Below, piece by piece: positions 35,163-38,398 of a stretch of 38,398 nucleotides of DNA (position 1 is the first letter of the stretch; each line of letters starts with the position of its first letter). A program made the translations under genes and the position numbers. Where the stretch lies: IMG/VR virus record IMGVR_UViG_3300033406_000385, positions 1 through 38,398 of that record, one strand, 5' to 3'. The stretch comes from a virus. Its lineage: Duplodnaviria; Caudoviricetes. Under the pieces are notes generated by a model. The model made no database searches, was not told the origin of the DNA, and worked only from the letters and a program-made list of their open reading frames with translations.

Positions 35163-35210
35163 CGAACAAGTGTTTGATTTTATTATACATTATATGTTTT
35201 GTGAATACAA
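35163..35210 (-). promoter_or_regulatory. Sigma-A promoter with LexA (Cheo/SOS) box over the start site
   Basis: TTGTAT (35210-35205), 17 nt, TATAAT (35187-35182); CGAACAAGTGTTTG at 35163-35176. Confidence 0.75.
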
Positions 35211-35290
35211 TATACATATCTATCCTGTACCCATTTGTATTTCACCTCCGGATGAAGATTTACATTTTCCATCATAACATTGTGTATTTT

Positions 35291-35349
35291 TTTACGCAAG
35301 CTTACGTAAGCTTACGACAGCTTACAGTAATTGTAAAAAATGCTATAGT
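35291..35349 (+). promoter_or_regulatory. Promoter of the RHH-integrase operon with four 10-bp direct repeats
   Basis: TTTACGCAAG CTTACGTAAG CTTACGACAG CTTACAGTAA; CTTACA, 17 nt, TATAGT with extended TG. Confidence 0.7.
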
Positions 35350-35367
35350 GTTTTTGAGGTGATAACA

Positions 35368-35535
35368 ATGGGCGAATTAAAAGATCGTTCTCGTATAACA
35401 ACCAGTTTACCTGATGAGCAGATAGAGATGCTCCACGAACTATCTTCCAAGACCAAAATACCTATGTCAAAATTATTCGAAGAAGCTTTGGAAGATTTGT
35501 TTGCCAAATACGTTAAAAGGAAGTGGCATGATTGA
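35368..35535 (+). CDS. Ribbon-helix-helix protein (RHH_3-like), 55 aa (not in ORF track)
   Basis: SD GAGGTGA; LKDRSRITTSL......L..LS..TKIPMSKL.EEALEDL..KY; TTGA overlap with integrase start. Confidence 0.85.
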   Translation: MGELKDRSRITTSLPDEQIEMLHELSSKTKIPMSKLFEEALEDLFAKYVKRKWHD

Positions 35536-37070
35536 ACGCAGCCATATACGCTCGCTATTCTAGCGATAAACAACGAACAGAAAGCGCGACAGCGCAAATA
35601 CAGGCTGGGCAAAGGTATTGTGCCCAGCAATCTTACACTGTTGTAAAAGAGTACGTTGATGAGGCCACTACTGGCACTAACGATGACCGTCCGGAATTTC
35701 AGCGAATGCTAACGGATGCTGCCGCCGGATTGTTTCAAGTGCTGGTTGTCCATAAAGTTGACCGTTTTGCTCGCAATCGCGAAGACGCCGCTTTTAATAA
35801 ACAAAAACTTCGCAAAGCCAAAGTCCGCCTGGAATACGTTGAACAACATCTGGACGGGTCGGCAGAGTCGGTTATCCTGGAATCTGTGCTGGAAGGCATG
35901 GCGGAATACTACTCTAAAAATCTTGCAAAAGAAACAATGAAGGGGTTAATGATGAACGCGCAAAATGCACAATTTAACGGTGGAACTCCCCCACTCGGTT
36001 ATAATGTCGATGAAAACAAAAAATATGTTATCAATGAGCATGAAGCCGAAGCGGTGCGTTTAATCTTCCGGCTCTATGCTGACGGAATGGGCTTGGCTCG
36101 CATATCAGATGAATTAACGATGCGTGGATATAAAACGAAACGCGGTGTTAAATTCGCGAAAAATAGCTTGCATGATATTTTACGCAATCACAAATATATC
36201 GGTGTTTATACGTTCGGGGCGGTATCAAAAACCGAGGAAGGAACGCGCAATACTCACCAGCAGACAACTCCAAAGATGACTATCAAAGACGCTATCCCGC
36301 CGATCATCGACAAAGACACATGGCAGGCGGTACAAAACAAACGAGAAGAGAACAAAAAACGCCGCGGGGCGAATGCCGCCAGGCGCACGTATTTATTATC
36401 CGGCCTAGTGTTTTGCGGCGAATGTGGCGCGGCTTATATCGGCAATACGTCGTCCCCACGCGGTGTGGAATACTCATCCTATGTTTGCGGCAAGCGTGAC
36501 AGAAAAAGCGGTACATGCGCCAACCAGAGTGTTCCGAAAGACGAATTAGAAAACAAGGTCGTATTGTTTGTCAAAGACTATATTTTAAAACCGGAAAACG
36601 CTGACGCTTTGGCTAATAAGTTAAATACTATTCAAAAAGAACAGTCAGTAAATATCGTAGAAGAGATTAACTCCCTTGAAAACGAAAAAAAGCAGACCGC
36701 CAAAAAAATTGACAATCTGCTTAAAGCTATCGAAGATGGATTATATTCTCCTACGATCAAAACAAACATGATCGAAAATGAAAATCGTCTAAGGCTGATT
36801 GAAAACCGATTAACAGAATTAAACACGTTGATAGGAAGATGCTTTTTGACTGGCGAACAAATCAATGCCGTATTAGATAAATTCCGAACCGTGCTGGCCG
36901 AAAGCAGTTCACAGGAAGATATTAAACAAGTATTGAACATCCTGGTAGAAAAAGTTGTGATTGAAAAACAAAAGCAGGTAGACATATCAATACATCTACC
37001 TGTTCGGGTTTTAATGGTGCCGAGGACCGGAATCGAACCGGTACGGAGCTCACGCTCCGAGGGATTTTAA
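35532..37070 (+). CDS. Large serine recombinase (integrase)
   Basis: YARYSS catalytic motif, DRPEFQRML, DRFAR, GG.PPLGY, LLSGLVFCGECG zinc ribbon, coiled coil. Confidence 0.95.
   Translation: MNAAIYARYSSDKQRTESATAQIQAGQRYCAQQSYTVVKEYVDEATTGTNDDRPEFQRMLTDAAAGLFQVLVVHKVDRFARNREDAAFNKQKLRKAKVRLEYVEQHLDGSAESVILESVLEGMAEYYSKNLAKETMKGLMMNAQNAQFNGGTPPLGYNVDENKKYVINEHEAEAVRLIFRLYADGMGLARISDELTMRGYKTKRGVKFAKNSLHDILRNHKYIGVYTFGAVSKTEEGTRNTHQQTTPKMTIKDAIPPIIDKDTWQAVQNKREENKKRRGANAARRTYLLSGLVFCGECGAAYIGNTSSPRGVEYSSYVCGKRDRKSGTCANQSVPKDELENKVVLFVKDYILKPENADALANKLNTIQKEQSVNIVEEINSLENEKKQTAKKIDNLLKAIEDGLYSPTIKTNMIENENRLRLIENRLTELNTLIGRCFLTGEQINAVLDKFRTVLAESSSQEDIKQVLNILVEKVVIEKQKQVDISIHLPVRVLMVPRTGIEPVRSSRSEGF
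36963..37002 (-). terminator. Terminator for the tRNA operon, embedded in the integrase CDS
   Basis: Minus strand CAGGTAGATGTATTGATATGTCTACCTG then CTTTTGTTTTT, 12 nt after the tRNA-Leu CCA. Confidence 0.7.
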
Positions 37071-37103
37071 GTCCCTTGCGTCTGCCAGTTCCGCCACCCC
37101 GGC
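37015..37103 (-). tRNA. tRNA-Leu(TAA)
   Basis: GCCGGGG...GGGAC TTAAAA TCCC, long variable arm, GGTTCGATTCC, encoded CCA. Confidence 0.97.
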
Positions 37104-37148
37104 ATATTCTTTGTTTACCCTGCAAACAGGGTTTGACAAAACAATTTT

Positions 37149-37223
<75 letters not shown>

Positions 37224-37229
37224 TAATTA

Positions 37230-37304
37230 TGGAGCGGAAAACGAGATTCGAACTCGCGACCCTCGCCTTGGCAAGGCGATGCTCTACCACTGAGCTACTT
37301 CCGC
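37230..37304 (-). tRNA. tRNA-Gly(GCC)
   Basis: Cloverleaf, loop TTGCCAA, encoded CCA. Confidence 0.97.
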
Positions 37305-37315
37305 ATAGTAACAAC

Positions 37316-37391
<76 letters not shown>

Positions 37392-37399
37392 AAGATGAA

Positions 37400-37476
37400 T
37401 GGCGACCCTGATCGGATTTGAACCGACGATCTCCGCCGTGACAGGGCGGCATGTTAGACCGCTACACCACAGGGCC
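37400..37476 (-). tRNA. tRNA-Asp(GTC)
   Basis: Cloverleaf, loop CTGTCAC, encoded CCA. Confidence 0.97.
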
Positions 37477-37496
37477 GTAAATCAAATCGCTTATTT

Positions 37497-37525
37497 AGTA
37501 TAAGCGAAATAGCCCCATCTGTCAA
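37497..37525 (-). promoter_or_regulatory. Sigma-A promoter of the tRNA operon
   Basis: TTGACA (37525-37520), 17 nt, TATACT (37502-37497). Confidence 0.85.
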
Positions 37526-37597
37526 CATACTTTTCGTTTCTTTTCACTACTTTTTAACAAAAATCAATCAGTTTAGGATATTCCCCTACAATGACCA

Positions 37598-38398
37598 TTA
37601 AACAAGGCCCGCTTTACTGTACAACGCATAAAAATGGTGCGTTGGGCCAACTCCATGCCCCAGCGGGAAGGAATGTTCAATTGCCATCGTCACAAATTCT
37701 TTCGCTGCTCGCACGGCATCGCTGATTGTCATTCCTTTTGCCAGTCCGGCGGCAATCGCTGAAGAAAAAGTACACCCGGTTCCATGTGTATGCGGCGTAT
37801 CAATTCGCTTATTTTCAAAGGCAATAAACTCCCGCCCGTCATATAACAGGTCACACGCATCTCCCGGCAAATGCCCGCCTTTGACGACCACATATTCCGG
37901 GCCCATTGCTTTGATCTTGACGGCTGCCTTTTCCATATCCGCTTTATTGTTTACCGGTTCGCCAATAATCTCAGCGGCTTCCAGCAAATTCGGCGTAACT
38001 ACTTTGGCCAGAGGAAACAATATCTCCTTCAACGCGCCGATTGCTTCCGGTTTTAACAGATGGCTGCCGCTTTTTGAAATCATCACCGGATCAACGACAA
38101 TGTTCGCGATATTCGTTTTCTGTAATTCCCCAGCCACTGTTTTGATGATCGTTTCATTCGACAGCATCCCGATTTTTACCGCATCTACCTGAATATCGGA
38201 ACAAACTGCACGGATTTGATCGCGGATAATTTCTTCATCCAAGTCGCGGATATTAGTAACACCACAAGTATTTTGCGCCGTGATCGCAGTAATGGCACTC
38301 ATTCCATATACACCAAGCGCGGAAAATGTTTTTAAATCCGCTTGTATTCCTGCGCCGCCGCAAGAATCGGATCCGGCTATTGTCAACGCAGTTTTCAT
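37598..38398 (-). CDS. thiD: Hydroxymethylpyrimidine/phosphomethylpyrimidine kinase (host)
   Basis: [36 protein letters not shown] and [11 protein letters not shown] motifs. Confidence 0.97.
   Translation of the reverse strand: MKTALTIAGSDSCGGAGIQADLKTFSALGVYGMSAITAITAQNTCGVTNIRDLDEEIIRDQIRAVCSDIQVDAVKIGMLSNETIIKTVAGELQKTNIANIVVDPVMISKSGSHLLKPEAIGALKEILFPLAKVVTPNLLEAAEIIGEPVNNKADMEKAAVKIKAMGPEYVVVKGGHLPGDACDLLYDGREFIAFENKRIDTPHTHGTGCTFSSAIAAGLAKGMTISDAVRAAKEFVTMAIEHSFPLGHGVGPTHHFYALYSKAGLV

Larger units (their letters stand above)
1..37070. mobile_element. Prophage (siphovirus-like, HK97-type head) integrated at the 3' end of tRNA-Leu(TAA); left end outside the window
   Basis: Ordered lysis, tail, head, packaging, replication and lysogeny modules; integrase abuts and overlaps the last tRNA of a host tRNA operon. 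Confidence 0.95.

Overview
Most of the window (1 to about 37070) is one temperate siphovirus-type prophage whose left end lies outside the window. Its right end abuts a host tRNA operon (Asp-Phe-Gly-Cys-Leu, minus strand) and host thiD. Reading the minus strand right to left: lysogeny switch (serine integrase, RHH, cI/cro), small early genes, a self-contained replisome (SNF2 helicase, VRR-NUC, PD-(D/E)XK nuclease-AAA fusion, SSB, family-B-like polymerase, primase-helicase), nucleotide genes (DUF5664-like, DUF4406-like, thyX), an iteron array, late activator, HNH/terminase/portal/Clp/HK97 capsid, a non-contractile tail with a GTA/lambda-like tip, a phosphoesterase tailspike, holin, endolysin, a dual-frame spanin-like gene pair and an AT-rich moron. 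Firmicutes-type SD/SOS signals together with a proteobacterial-type tail tip suggest a diderm Firmicute (Negativicutes) host; this is inference. The best leads are (1) an unannotated 47-aa gene under a LexA-box promoter, convergent with a cI that lacks an autoprotease domain (candidate SOS antirepressor); (2) two almost fully overlapping coiled-coil membrane genes without a canonical lipobox at the spanin position; (3) a symmetric GGTACC iteron array; (4) an integrase ORF that runs into tRNA-Leu and carries the tRNA operon terminator. All family assignments come from motifs read by eye; no database searches were run.
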